Source: Capsulimonadaceae bacterium
GTDB lineage: Bacteria; Armatimonadota; Armatimonadia; Armatimonadales; Capsulimonadaceae
NCBI GenBank assembly: GCA_965215505.1
Contig: OZ244065.1
Location: 4,544,001 to 4,608,000, forward strand
DNA length: 64,000 nt
Direction: 5' to 3'
Both the position numbers and the translations under genes were made by a program. Shown here piece by piece: positions 54,720 to 64,000 of the stretch. Below the pieces are notes generated by a model. That model searched no databases, had not been told where the DNA came from, and saw only the letters and a list, made by a program, of their open reading frames with translations. The stretch's first letter is position 1. Every line of letters starts with the position of its first letter.

Positions 54720-55487
54720 CTAGGCGTATCCCTTCGCCTTCAGGTTGTTGTAGGACAGCGTCACCGCCTCGATGGCGGGGCCTTTGCACACGTCCTGCTC
54801 GACGATCAGGTACTCCGCACCGACGATGGGCGCGGCGGCGACCAGTTCATCCAGGGGAAGGCGCCCCGTGCCGACGGGAGCGAACGAGTCGTCGGTAGGG
54901 TCCATGTCCTTGAGGTGAATCAGGGGGACGCGGCCCGAATGCTTGTTGATGAACGCGACCGGGTCATGCCCGGCCTTCAGCACCCAGTATGTGTCCACCT
55001 CGGCTTTGACCAGCGTGGGGTCGGTATTCTCCAGCAGGATGTCCTCGCCCATCTGCCCGTTGTCCAGCGGCTTGAACTCGAAGTCGTGGTTGTGGTAGCA
55101 CAGGGTCAGACCGCTGGACCGCAGGGTTTCGCCCATCTCGTTCAGGGTCCCCGCCAGGCGCTTGTAGTCGTCCGCCGTCCGGCGGCGCTCTTCGGCGAGG
55201 TAGGGGACCACGATGTAGCGGTTGCCCAGGGCCAGGTTCTCCTGGATGACTTTGGGCAGGTCGGCCTCCAGGTCGTCCAGCCCGATGTGGCTGCCCGCGA
55301 CGCTCAGGTGGTTGTCGGCCAGTAGACCGGAAAGCTCCTGCACGGACAGGCTGCCCCGCCCGGCCAACTCGACGGCGGCGTAGCCGATGGCGGCGACTTT
55401 CTGAATGGTCCCGGCGAAGTCCTGGGCGGTGTCGTCGCGCAGGGTGTACATCTGCAAGGCAATGGGTAGCTTCGGCATTTCTTTCAC
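54720..55487 (-). CDS. Sugar phosphate isomerase/epimerase (xylose isomerase-like TIM barrel)
   Basis: LQMYTLRD, YHNHDFEF, EVDTYW, IHLKD and IVEQD. Confidence 0.9.
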   Translation of the reverse strand: MKEMPKLPIALQMYTLRDDTAQDFAGTIQKVAAIGYAAVELAGRGSLSVQELSGLLADNHLSVAGSHIGLDDLEADLPKVIQENLALGNRYIVVPYLAEERRRTADDYKRLAGTLNEMGETLRSSGLTLCYHNHDFEFKPLDNGQMGEDILLENTDPTLVKAEVDTYWVLKAGHDPVAFINKHSGRVPLIHLKDMDPTDDSFAPVGTGRLPLDELVAAAPIVGAEYLIVEQDVCKGPAIEAVTLSYNNLKAKGYA

Positions 55488-55551
55488 GTCCTTCTTTGAA
55501 GTGATGTCGTCCGGTCAGGTTCGGCGTCGCGTCTGCTAATCCCTTCCCCCT

Positions 55552-57870
55552 TTAGCGTGTCCTCAAAACGACCGTCACCCGGCGGGCCGCACCGGCTGAA
55601 ACCGTGACCGCGAAGTGCCCATTCGCCGGGTCATAGGCCACCGGCCCGACCCTCCCGCCCGCCGCCGCCGCTTTGGGCGCGGAGGCCGCGTAGCCGTGCA
55701 GCGTCACCGCCGCCTCGCCGGCGGCAAGCAGGACGGTCGCCGTCAGTCCGCCCGGCGTGTCCTGGACGGCCGCGAGCCGCTGATGGCCCATGCCGACGAA
55801 CTTGCCTTCGTCCCCCAACAGCGCGATGCCGGACGCGCCGACGGGGGCGACGACGTAGAAGGCCCGCCCCGTCGGCCCAAGTGTGTCCTGGTACGTCCCG
55901 CCCGCCCCGAGCCGCCGGGCGGTCTTGGCGAAGTAGTCGTAGACGTACACCGGGCCAGGCACGCCGAGCGATTTGGGCGAGAACGACACGGCCGAACTGT
56001 CCCCGGTGCGTGTGCAGGCGAAGACGTAAGCCGTGCGCCCCGTCCCAACGCCGGTGTAGGTCGCGGCGACCAAGGGCAGATGTGCCTGCCGGGCATCGGC
56101 CAGAATGCTGGCGTCCGTCGGCACCAGCGGCGCGTCCGGCTTGACGATCATGCCGTCGCCGCGCACGGCCAGCAGGATGTTCGCGCGGGACTCGCGCCCG
56201 ATCCCGTCGCCCGTCCCGACCGGCCCCGCCGACAGTGCGGCGAGCAGCATGTTGTCTGTTTCCGAACTCATAAACACGTCCGCCCAGGGCCACAGGCCGA
56301 GGGCCTGCGCCAGTTGCGAGGTGTAGATAAAGTCGTTCCACTTCCTGCGCTCGAACCGGTCGCCGCTGGTGCGGATCGTCGTCAGGCTGCCGTACTTCGC
56401 CCCTTGCAGGAAGAAGCGCGGGGTCGCCATGCAGTACTGCATCGTCTGCCCGCGCTGGTGCGTGGCGCGCGCCATGTTGTCGGCGAAGGCCGCGCCGGGC
56501 GCGAGGCTCCGTGCCATCTCGGGGGAGTGCGGGTAGATCTCGGAGAGCCAGTCCTGCTCGTAACAGGCCACGCCGCCGCCCGCGAGGTACGCGGCCCGGT
56601 CGTCCCACCAGCGTGGGTCGGTCGGCGCGATGCCGGAGATTTGATAGGTCTTGTGGTAGGGGCTGGCCGGGTCGATCCAGCGCGCGTGGACGACCAGGGG
56701 CAATCCGAGCTGCTTCTGGAAGGCCGCCAAGCCCTGCGGGAACAGGGCGGGCGAGGCCGAGTAGTCCAAAGTCCCGCCGTAGGCGTTCCACGTCCCTTCC
56801 GGCAGGCGCGCGTTCTTGGGACCCTCCTGCTTGCCCGCCGGGGACGTGCGCGTCTTCTGATACCACCAGCTATCGAGCTGGAGGTAGCGGATGGGGATGT
56901 GTTCCTGCTGGTAGCGCCGCCGCAGTGCCAGCAGCGTCCCCGTATAGCCCAGTTTCGGGTCGTAGTTGTAGTAATAGGTCGCGCCGTTGTCCGTCCAGTA
57001 CCCGAAGTACTTCAAAGTAAGGTCGGCCTGATTGCCTGGCCGCGCCTTGCCGGTCCAGTCGGTGAGAGCCTGCCCCCAGGCCTGCATGGTGCGCCCGATG
57101 CCGCCGCCGACGACCAGCAAACTCCGGTGCGTCCACCCCGCCGGGATGCCGGACAGCTCCGGGTTCAGGCCGCTGGCGAGTTCCGCCCGGCCGTCCCCGT
57201 GCATCTGCGAGACGATGAAGTCCGAGGCCGGGGACAAGACGGCGGTCTGCGCCTTGTCGTCGAACAGCACCCAGGGTGTCGCGTTGTGGGCCAGCCGGAA
57301 GGCATGCGGGCTGAACGCGCTGTCTTCAAAGCTCATCGGGTGCAAGTTTTGAGGGAACCCGGTGAAGCGCGGGAAGTCTTGCATCACATGGGCGGCAGGC
57401 TGCCGCACGGTCAGTGAGAACAGCACGGCGGCCTTGTCCTGGTAGCGCCGGATCGCGCCGCCGTAGGGGACGCCCGCCGACCAGTGGAAGGCGAGTTCCT
57501 GGTACGCGCCGATGCGGTCCCGGCCCCGCGTCGTGGTCACATCGGAAAGCCGCGCCCCCACCGTCCCCGTAAAGGTCCAGGCCGGGCTGCGGGTGGCGAC
57601 CTTGTATGCGCCGCTCGCCTCGTCTACCGAGACGGCGACGCCGGAGGGGGACGCCGGCAGGGCGGCGGCTTGCGCGCGTGCGGCCGGGAATAGGGCGAGC
57701 AGCAGGGCGAGGAGAGCCACGGGTTGAAACTCGAGGCTCGGAAAAGCCCAGCGTCCAGGGGACGCAAGATCAGGAACGTGCCGGGCGCTCCAGTGTTTTC
57801 CCTCTTCTGTCCCTTGGACAGTGAGCTTTTCCGAGCCTCGGGTTTCAACCCGTGGTACTTCCTTCATCAT
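55552..57870 (-). CDS. Secreted glycoside hydrolase-like protein (clan GH-D-like TIM barrel)
   Basis: GYWTDNGA.YYY, YLQLDSWWY, YEQDWL and RTSGD; start overlaps the AraC stop (ATGA); the upstream part of the 1031-aa track ORF is a shadow of the AraC gene. Confidence 0.65.
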   Translation of the reverse strand: MMKEVPRVETRGSEKLTVQGTEEGKHWSARHVPDLASPGRWAFPSLEFQPVALLALLLALFPAARAQAAALPASPSGVAVSVDEASGAYKVATRSPAWTFTGTVGARLSDVTTTRGRDRIGAYQELAFHWSAGVPYGGAIRRYQDKAAVLFSLTVRQPAAHVMQDFPRFTGFPQNLHPMSFEDSAFSPHAFRLAHNATPWVLFDDKAQTAVLSPASDFIVSQMHGDGRAELASGLNPELSGIPAGWTHRSLLVVGGGIGRTMQAWGQALTDWTGKARPGNQADLTLKYFGYWTDNGATYYYNYDPKLGYTGTLLALRRRYQQEHIPIRYLQLDSWWYQKTRTSPAGKQEGPKNARLPEGTWNAYGGTLDYSASPALFPQGLAAFQKQLGLPLVVHARWIDPASPYHKTYQISGIAPTDPRWWDDRAAYLAGGGVACYEQDWLSEIYPHSPEMARSLAPGAAFADNMARATHQRGQTMQYCMATPRFFLQGAKYGSLTTIRTSGDRFERRKWNDFIYTSQLAQALGLWPWADVFMSSETDNMLLAALSAGPVGTGDGIGRESRANILLAVRGDGMIVKPDAPLVPTDASILADARQAHLPLVAATYTGVGTGRTAYVFACTRTGDSSAVSFSPKSLGVPGPVYVYDYFAKTARRLGAGGTYQDTLGPTGRAFYVVAPVGASGIALLGDEGKFVGMGHQRLAAVQDTPGGLTATVLLAAGEAAVTLHGYAASAPKAAAAGGRVGPVAYDPANGHFAVTVSAGAARRVTVVLRTR
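57717..57855. repeat. REPIN/MITE-like palindromic element inside the 5' end of the hydrolase ORF
   Basis: 31-bp arms with one mismatch, CCACGGGTTGAAACTCGAGGCTCGGAAAAGC; inner GTCCAGGGGAC/GTCCCTTGGAC. Confidence 0.8.
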
Positions 57871-58709
57871 TTCTCCCCCTGCATCCGCCGCCGGTACTCG
57901 GCGGGGCTGCACCCCATCTGCTGCTGGAAGACCCGGTAGAACTGCGGGTAGCTCCCGAACCCCGCGTCCAGCGCGGCCTCCGATACCGACACCGCCCGGC
58001 CCTTCCCGTAGAGGCGCAGGAACCTCTGGATGCGCTGCCGGTTGCGGAAGTCCACCAGGGCAACCCCCGTCTGCTGGTGGAACAGGCGGCTCAGGCGCGA
58101 CGCGCTCAGGCCGACGCGGGCGGCGATCTCCTCCACCGAGAACGGGTCCGCCTCGTCCCGCAGCAGGCGGGCCGCCTGCTCCACTGCCGGGTGGACGTCC
58201 GGCCCCGCCGCCGGCTCCTCCGCCCCCGAGTACGCCGCCCACGCCGACAGCAGGGCGTAGCCCAGGCCGGCGCTGTAGCGCGCCGTGTCCTCCGGCACCC
58301 CGGCGATCTCCCCGAACAAGGATTGCAGGCGCGCGCTCGGTTCCACGGCCAGGCGGCGGCACCACTGCCCCGGCGGGTCCGAGGCGCACAGCGCCGCCGC
58401 CTCGGGCGTGACGCAGGCGCGTGCCAGCAGGGCGGGCGTGAAGACCCCGATCCACATGGCATGGTCGGCGGACTCGTCGAGCAGGATGTGGTCCTGATCG
58501 GGGAACAGCCAGACCAGTGAGCCGCGCGTCAGGTCGTACCGCCGGTCGCCCAGCAGGTAGGCCGCCCGCCCCGATGTCACCAGGTTCAGCTCGATCTCCG
58601 CGTGGCGGTGCGGCGCGCGCCTCTGCGGCGTGTACCGGTGCAGCCACAGGCGGCCGGCGGAGGCGCGGGGGAGGTGAAGATCATCCGGGGCGGCGGAAAC
58701 TGATAACAT
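57867..58709 (-). CDS. AraC family transcriptional regulator
   Basis: Cupin PHRHAEIELN; VGLSASRLSRLFHQQTG...AGFGSYPQFYRVF. Confidence 0.92.
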   Translation of the reverse strand: MLSVSAAPDDLHLPRASAGRLWLHRYTPQRRAPHRHAEIELNLVTSGRAAYLLGDRRYDLTRGSLVWLFPDQDHILLDESADHAMWIGVFTPALLARACVTPEAAALCASDPPGQWCRRLAVEPSARLQSLFGEIAGVPEDTARYSAGLGYALLSAWAAYSGAEEPAAGPDVHPAVEQAARLLRDEADPFSVEEIAARVGLSASRLSRLFHQQTGVALVDFRNRQRIQRFLRLYGKGRAVSVSEAALDAGFGSYPQFYRVFQQQMGCSPAEYRRRMQGEK

Positions 58710-58795
58710 AACGGCTTATTACGAGAGGACAGGGCCGCTCAAGATGGTCATAATGATAGCATATTTGAGCATCAATCGCAAGGAGAACAGCAGCC

Positions 58796-59587
58796 ATGAC
58801 CGTTTCAGAACTCCCCACCCGGCCCGCCGCCACGGACCGCCTCGTCATCACCGACGCGCAGAAGCAGCAGTACCAGGAGCAGGGCTTTTTCGTGCTGGAG
58901 AACGTCATCCCGCCCGCCCACCTGGAGGCGATGCGCGGGGCCTGCCAACAAGAGATGGACAAGAAGGACGCCGAGATGGAGGCGCTGGGTGTGGACAAGC
59001 TGGGCATCAACCACAAGGGCAGCCGCTACTTCCTGCCGTTTCTGTCCCAGGAGAACCCGGACGTCCGCCGGTTCATCTTCAGCGACCTGATGGCCGACAT
59101 CTGCCGCGCGACGGTCGGCCCCGACGCCTTCTTGTTCCTGGACCAGTACGTCGTCAAGGCCGCCGAGAAGGGCATGAGCTTCTCCTGGCACCAGGATGAG
59201 GGCTACATCCCCTACCCGAACCCGCCCTACGTCGGCTGCTGGTGCGCCCTCGACGACGTTTCCGAGGCGAACGGCACCGTCTACAACCTGCCCTACGCCC
59301 AGGCGGGGACGCGGAGCAAAGTCACCCACGTTCGGGACGAGGCGACCAACGACATGGTGGGCTATTTCGGCGATTCACCCGGCATCCCCGTGATCGCGCC
59401 CGCCGGCAGCATCGCCGTCTTCTCCAGCACCTGCTTCCACCGAAGCGGCTTCAACCGCACTGACAAGATGCGCCGCGCCTACCTCGTCCAGTATTCCGAG
59501 GCCCCGATCACCACCGACGACGGGACGGGCGTTCGCCACCTGGCAGAGCCGTTCCTCCAGGATGGCCGGAACGTCGCCCGCCTCTAA
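58796..59587 (+). CDS. Phytanoyl-CoA dioxygenase (PhyH) family protein
   Basis: QGFFVLENVI, WHQD, CALDDV..ANG and FHRSG.N. Confidence 0.88.
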   Translation: MTVSELPTRPAATDRLVITDAQKQQYQEQGFFVLENVIPPAHLEAMRGACQQEMDKKDAEMEALGVDKLGINHKGSRYFLPFLSQENPDVRRFIFSDLMADICRATVGPDAFLFLDQYVVKAAEKGMSFSWHQDEGYIPYPNPPYVGCWCALDDVSEANGTVYNLPYAQAGTRSKVTHVRDEATNDMVGYFGDSPGIPVIAPAGSIAVFSSTCFHRSGFNRTDKMRRAYLVQYSEAPITTDDGTGVRHLAEPFLQDGRNVARL

Positions 59588-59609
59588 GCGCCCCGCGAGG
59601 AGAAACACC

Positions 59610-60449
59610 ATGACCCTGACCGCACCTGTCCAGGCCACCGAGCCGCGCGTCCCGACCGCTTTAGACGACTTCCTGTTCGACCTGCGCGGCTACATCATCA
59701 TCGAGAACGCCGTCGAGCCGGCCCTGCTCGACGACCTCAACAATGCCTTCGACAACTTCCCGAAGCTCGCGCCACTGGAGTGGTGGGGGAACGCCCAGCG
59801 GCGCGACTACACCGAAGACACCGGGTTCGAGCTGCACAACTGTGTCGAGGCCGGCAAGCCGTTCGAGTCGCTAATTGACTGCCCCGGCTGGATCAACTAC
59901 GCCCGGCGTTACTGCGGCGAAGACAAATCTTATGTCGAGGGCCTGTTCATTGACGAGGCCATCGCCTCCATCCGCCGGTCAGGCGGCTTTCATCAGGTCC
60001 ACTCGGGCAATTACCAGGTCCCCCTGCGCTGCACCTACGGCTACGAGAACGGCGTGTTCCGCTGCGGCCAGTGCAACGTCATCCTCGCCCTGACCGACAT
60101 CGGCGAGGGGGACGGGCCGACGATGGTGATCCCCGGCAGCCACAAGTCCAACTTCCTGCACCCCCAGGCCGCCGAGTACACCCTGGGCGAGCGCATGGAC
60201 GACCTGGAAGGCGCGATCCCCGTCTACCTGAAGCGCGGCGACGCCGTGCTGTTCGTGGACGGCCTGATGCACGGCGGGAGCAGCCGGACGACCGAGGGCG
60301 GCGAGCGGCGGGTCACCATCTACCGCTACGGCCCGAAGTGGGCGCAGACCCGCTTCGGCTACGAGTATTCCCCAGCCCTGCTGGACCGGCTGACGCCCGA
60401 GCGCCGCCGCATCTTGCAGCCCATCCCGCCGAACCGCCCGCCCGCCTGA
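59610..60449 (+). CDS. PhyH-like Fe(II)/2OG dioxygenase
   Basis: FDLRGYIII, VIPGSHK and GDAVLF..GLMHG. Confidence 0.85.
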   Translation: MTLTAPVQATEPRVPTALDDFLFDLRGYIIIENAVEPALLDDLNNAFDNFPKLAPLEWWGNAQRRDYTEDTGFELHNCVEAGKPFESLIDCPGWINYARRYCGEDKSYVEGLFIDEAIASIRRSGGFHQVHSGNYQVPLRCTYGYENGVFRCGQCNVILALTDIGEGDGPTMVIPGSHKSNFLHPQAAEYTLGERMDDLEGAIPVYLKRGDAVLFVDGLMHGGSSRTTEGGERRVTIYRYGPKWAQTRFGYEYSPALLDRLTPERRRILQPIPPNRPPA

Positions 60450-60539
60450 GCGTCTAAAAAAATAAGTGTCAGGCGGGCAGGGTTGGGGAACAACACTGCA
60501 AGTCCCCGGAGAACGGGACACCAAGGGAGAAATCACACC

Positions 60540-60866
60540 ATGGCCGACATCATTGACACCACAGGGGACACGCACGGCGACGGCATCCAGCACGGCATCG
60601 ACGACAACCCGAACAACGACGCCAAGAAGGGCGCCATCGGCGGCGCGGTGGGCGGGGCCGTCGTCGGCGCGCTGGCCGGCGGACCCCTCGGGGCCGTCAT
60701 CGGCGCGGTCGCGGGCGGCGTCGCCAGCGGCGCGGGCGTGGCCGCCGTGGACAAAGTGGACAACGACAACACCGTGACGGGTCTGGGTGACGGCGTCACC
60801 CCCAAGCACGGCGACACCGTCGTGGACGACAGCGCCCCCATCGTCGTGGACCGCCGCACCCCGTAG
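60540..60866 (+). CDS. Small glycine-zipper protein
   Basis: GAIGGAVGGAVVGALAGGPLGAVIGAVAGG; AGGGAG RBS. Confidence 0.75.
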   Translation: MADIIDTTGDTHGDGIQHGIDDNPNNDAKKGAIGGAVGGAVVGALAGGPLGAVIGAVAGGVASGAGVAAVDKVDNDNTVTGLGDGVTPKHGDTVVDDSAPIVVDRRTP

Positions 60867-60951
60867 AGGCGCGATGCGATGGATAAACGCCCTGGCCTTT
60901 CGCTGATTTTCAGGGGAGGCTGGGGCGTTTGTGTGTCGGCGGCAGAGCCGT

Positions 60952-61101
60952 AAGACGGGTAGGACGAGTGAATGAATTCACTCGCTAGAGGGGACCTGTC
61001 CAGGGGACAGAAGAGCAGTACGCGCCTGTCCATTCCCCTGCTTGTCCCGTGGACAAATCCTGCGTCAGCGAGTGAATTCATTCACTCGTCCTACCCGTCT
61101 T
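60952..61101. repeat. REPIN-like palindromic element with perfect 35-bp arms
   Basis: AAGACGGGTAGGACGAGTGAATGAATTCACTCGCT and its exact reverse complement; inner GTCCAGGGGAC/GTCCCGTGGAC. Confidence 0.8.
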
Positions 61102-63214
61102 CATCAGTCCCCTTCACCGCCAGCTCTCCCAGCGACGGCATCTCCCCCAAAAACGGCGAGCGCGTCAGGGCGCGCGTCTGGTGCTGCAAGGGCCAGGACA
61201 AAAATACGCGCCGCTTGGCCCGCGTGATGGCGACATAAGCCAGCCGCCGCTCCTCCTCGATGCTGTCCGAGGCAAGCTGCGTCTTCTCCTCGTCCAGCCA
61301 CCGCAGGGACCGGTGATGCGGCAGCATCCCGAAGGCGAAGCCCACCACGAAGACGACCGGCCACTCCAGGCCCTTCGCCCGGTGGATCGTCATCATCTCC
61401 ACCGCGTCCCCGATCTCCGACTCCTCCTTAGGCTTGTTCTGGGCGGCGACAAAGGCCAGGAAGTCCGCCGGGGACGGGAACGCGCCTGACGCCACGCACA
61501 ATTCTTCCAGGTTGTCTAGGCGCGAGTTGCCCTCGTCCTCGACGTGCCCCTCCTCGCGCAGCAGCCAGTCGTCATAGCCCAGTTCGCGGGCCTTCCGCAG
61601 ACGCGCTTCCACCGAATCGCCGGCTTCGGCGACGCCCTTCACATAGTCCCGGAAGTCCTTCACGGCAAGCCCCTGGTTCGTCGTCTTGAACTGACCCAAG
61701 GCAAGCGCCCGGTACAGCGAGTGGCCCTTGCGCCCGGCCTGCGTCTCGACCTCGGCCAGAAACGCCTGCCCCAGAAAGTGGGTCGGCTTGCCGAATGAGC
61801 TGGAAGGGATGTTGATGACCCGCTTCACCGCCTCATCCGCCGCCGCCGTGTCCCGCTCGACCGAGAGCTGCAAGAAGGCGCACAGGTCGCGCACCTCGCG
61901 CCGCGAATAGAACCCCATCGCCCCTTGCAGGACATACGGTACGCCGCCCTTGACGAACGCTTCTTCCAGGGCACGCGAGTAGGCGTTGGTGCGGAACAGG
62001 ACGGCGCAGTCCCGGAGCTGTGTCCCCGCCGCCTGCAATTCTTTCAATGTCTCCGCCACGAACTGCGCTTCGGCCTCGGCGTGCTCATGTTCGTGCTGGG
62101 ACAGGTCCTCGCCTTCCGGATGGATGGCCGCCATTTCTAAGCGATACTTAGCGTCAATCCCGGACCGCCCGATCAGCTCATTCGCCACCCGCACGATGGT
62201 CGCCGAAGACCGATAGTTGGCCGGCAGCCGGATGATCGTCCCGTTCGGGTATGCTGCCCCGAACTGCCCCACTGTCGCCTCGGGCGAACAGCCGCGGAAG
62301 CTGTAGATGGCCTGCCCCACGTCCCCGACGATGAAGATGTTGCCGGTCCGGGCGGCCAGCAGCCGCGCGATCTCCCACTGCACCGCGCTCGTGTCCTGCG
62401 TCTCGTCAATGCACAAATACTGGAAGAACTGCTGGTACTTGTCCCGGATGGCGGGCTGCTCCTGGAGCAGTATCAACGCCTCAATCAGCAGGTCGTCGAA
62501 GTCCAGCCGCCGCGACGGCTTCTTCGCTAGCACATCGAACTTGGCCTGCTTGGCCTGCTCATAACACCGCCAGAACTTGGACAAGGTCTGGATCGTCGGG
62601 TCCGCCCAGTTCGGCTCGTGCTCCCGGAACGCCTTCTCGGCCTCCTCCACCCGGAAGCCCCGGTTCTTGACCGCCGACACCGCCGACAGCGCCCCCTTGG
62701 GGTCGTAAGCGGTGTTCAGCCCGAACGGCGGCGAGGGAAGCCCGCGCGCCATCCAGTTCGCGTCGCCCAGGATCGCCTTCGCCACCCGCACCTGCCAGTT
62801 CTCGTCGGCGAGCTGGAAGTACCCCGCCTTGCCGTACAGGTGCGCCCACTCGTGCTTGAGTATCCGCAGACAGTGCGCGTGGAACGTCCCGATCCACATC
62901 TTCTCGACGGTCGCCTCGCCGCCCTCACCCAGCAGGGCCGCCAGCCGCAGGCCCATCTCGTCGGCGCTCTTCTTGGTAAACGTCGCCACGAACAGCCGCT
63001 GCGGGTCCACCCCTTTGGCGAGCAGCCGGGCCACCCGCCGCGTCAAGATCGTCGTCTTCCCAGACCCCGCCCCTGCCAGAACCAGGGCCGGCCCATCGTC
63101 ATGGTAGAACGCCTGCCGCTGCTCCTCGTTCAGCCCGGCTTCGAGCTTGGGGACGAGGGCGGCGGTGCGGTGCGCGTGCAGGTCTTCGGTGATGGCGTCG
63201 AGCGTGGCTTGCAT
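61091..63214 (-). CDS. UvrD/PcrA/Rep family ATP-dependent DNA helicase
   Basis: AGAGSGKT, GTFHA, IDETQD, QAIYSFRG, NYRS, MTIHRAKGLEW and EERRLAYVAITRAK. Confidence 0.93.
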   Translation of the reverse strand: MQATLDAITEDLHAHRTAALVPKLEAGLNEEQRQAFYHDDGPALVLAGAGSGKTTILTRRVARLLAKGVDPQRLFVATFTKKSADEMGLRLAALLGEGGEATVEKMWIGTFHAHCLRILKHEWAHLYGKAGYFQLADENWQVRVAKAILGDANWMARGLPSPPFGLNTAYDPKGALSAVSAVKNRGFRVEEAEKAFREHEPNWADPTIQTLSKFWRCYEQAKQAKFDVLAKKPSRRLDFDDLLIEALILLQEQPAIRDKYQQFFQYLCIDETQDTSAVQWEIARLLAARTGNIFIVGDVGQAIYSFRGCSPEATVGQFGAAYPNGTIIRLPANYRSSATIVRVANELIGRSGIDAKYRLEMAAIHPEGEDLSQHEHEHAEAEAQFVAETLKELQAAGTQLRDCAVLFRTNAYSRALEEAFVKGGVPYVLQGAMGFYSRREVRDLCAFLQLSVERDTAAADEAVKRVINIPSSSFGKPTHFLGQAFLAEVETQAGRKGHSLYRALALGQFKTTNQGLAVKDFRDYVKGVAEAGDSVEARLRKARELGYDDWLLREEGHVEDEGNSRLDNLEELCVASGAFPSPADFLAFVAAQNKPKEESEIGDAVEMMTIHRAKGLEWPVVFVVGFAFGMLPHHRSLRWLDEEKTQLASDSIEEERRLAYVAITRAKRRVFLSWPLQHQTRALTRSPFLGEMPSLGELAVKGTDEDG

Positions 63215-63411
63215 GATGGGTTCTTGGTTCGTGATGGTCTTGACGGGCCGAGTGCGTGGGAGATACTGACAGTATACCGTATCGGGGCAAGAGGGGGCGG
63301 GGAATCGTCGCGCGGCGGGCAGGAAAGCGGCGGTGCGGTGCGGAATGTTGGCGTGAGGGAGGCGCGAACCACTGGCCTCTCGGCTACGCTCATTGCGGAT
63401 GGAGGCGATGC

Positions 63412-63864
63412 ATGAAACGACTACTGATCGTGGTGCTTCTCTGCACCTGCTGCTTGGCGGCGACAAAGAGTGGGCAGACACAGAACGCCCAGCCACGCGG
63501 CCCCATAAGACTTGAGGAGTCAAGACCCACACGAGGCCCCGTCTCAGTCTACACACTGCGCCTTCTACAGATCGGTGACACTAAGCCTGCCGAAAACATC
63601 TGGATACTGCAAAAACAGGCTGCCGCTGGCGTGAACGGGCCGATTGAGCCGAACGAAACAGCGTTTCGGTCCCTCAACTCGCCTACTCTCCGCGATTTCG
63701 TTTCTCACCTGCCGAAGGGTTCACGCATTCTCCACTCCCCCGTGATGCTCCCCGGCCCCGATCCGACAATGAAGGTCGGCAGTGCCTCCGAACCGGGTCT
63801 TCAGGACTTCATCAAGTTCTGCCGCAGCAAGAAGGTTGATTTCATGTTCGGCATCTCGTTCTAA
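63412..63864 (+). CDS. Secreted or lipoprotein-like hypothetical protein
   Basis: MKRLLIVVLLCTCCLAA signal peptide; GGAGG RBS. Confidence 0.6.
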   Translation: MKRLLIVVLLCTCCLAATKSGQTQNAQPRGPIRLEESRPTRGPVSVYTLRLLQIGDTKPAENIWILQKQAAAGVNGPIEPNETAFRSLNSPTLRDFVSHLPKGSRILHSPVMLPGPDPTMKVGSASEPGLQDFIKFCRSKKVDFMFGISF

Positions 63865-64000
63865 CCAGGGCTTTTCACTGTTCTGTGGCGATAGCAAGCA
63901 GGGGGTGCGGGAAAGGGGTCAGGCGGATGTTTTGGTTGGCTGAGGGAGTGTGAGTTCGGGGGCTATCGGCGGGAGTTGGTTAGGTTAGCGTCCGTCTATG

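Noticed and set aside
57871-58647. Apparent N-terminal extension of the 1031-aa ORF
   Set aside because: Alternative frame of the AraC gene; Gly/Arg/Pro-rich with no domain

Overview
High-GC bacterial chromosomal window. Gene content and style suggest an Armatimonadota-like lineage, which is an inference only. The housekeeping and metabolic flanks include cysS, an ECF sigma/anti-sigma pair, a KimA-like permease, glycoside hydrolases, AcuC and a UvrD helicase. The main result is a ~21.4-kb integrative element (~19988-41366) inserted into the 3' end of an 8-oxoguanine DNA glycosylase (Ogg-family) gene. An 11-bp core (AGGTCGTGGAA) is repeated at both ends, the displaced gene tail is left at 19909-19998, and the element supplies a diverged replacement tail that keeps the gene intact. 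The element encodes two large serine recombinases flanking a Prim-Pol/HTH replication gene (an SCC-like layout). It also carries a type III-like Res/Mod pair, a Cas4/RecB-like nuclease with a LAGLIDADG endonuclease, and a CheB/PAS/PP2C/RsbW signalling cassette. A third, shorter copy of the ogg tail at 15750-15788 delimits an adjacent 4.1-kb cassette (adenylate cyclase-STAND-TPR gene, Crp, a perfect CRP box and a small membrane protein), suggesting repeated accretion at this site. Other features are a decayed IS200/IS605 element whose tnpB is split by an antisense HNH fragment, two unidentified structured RNA candidates, a family of REP/REPIN-like palindromes and several apparently leaderless genes. 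No tRNA, rRNA or CRISPR array was recognised. All calls come from motif reading by eye; no searches were run.
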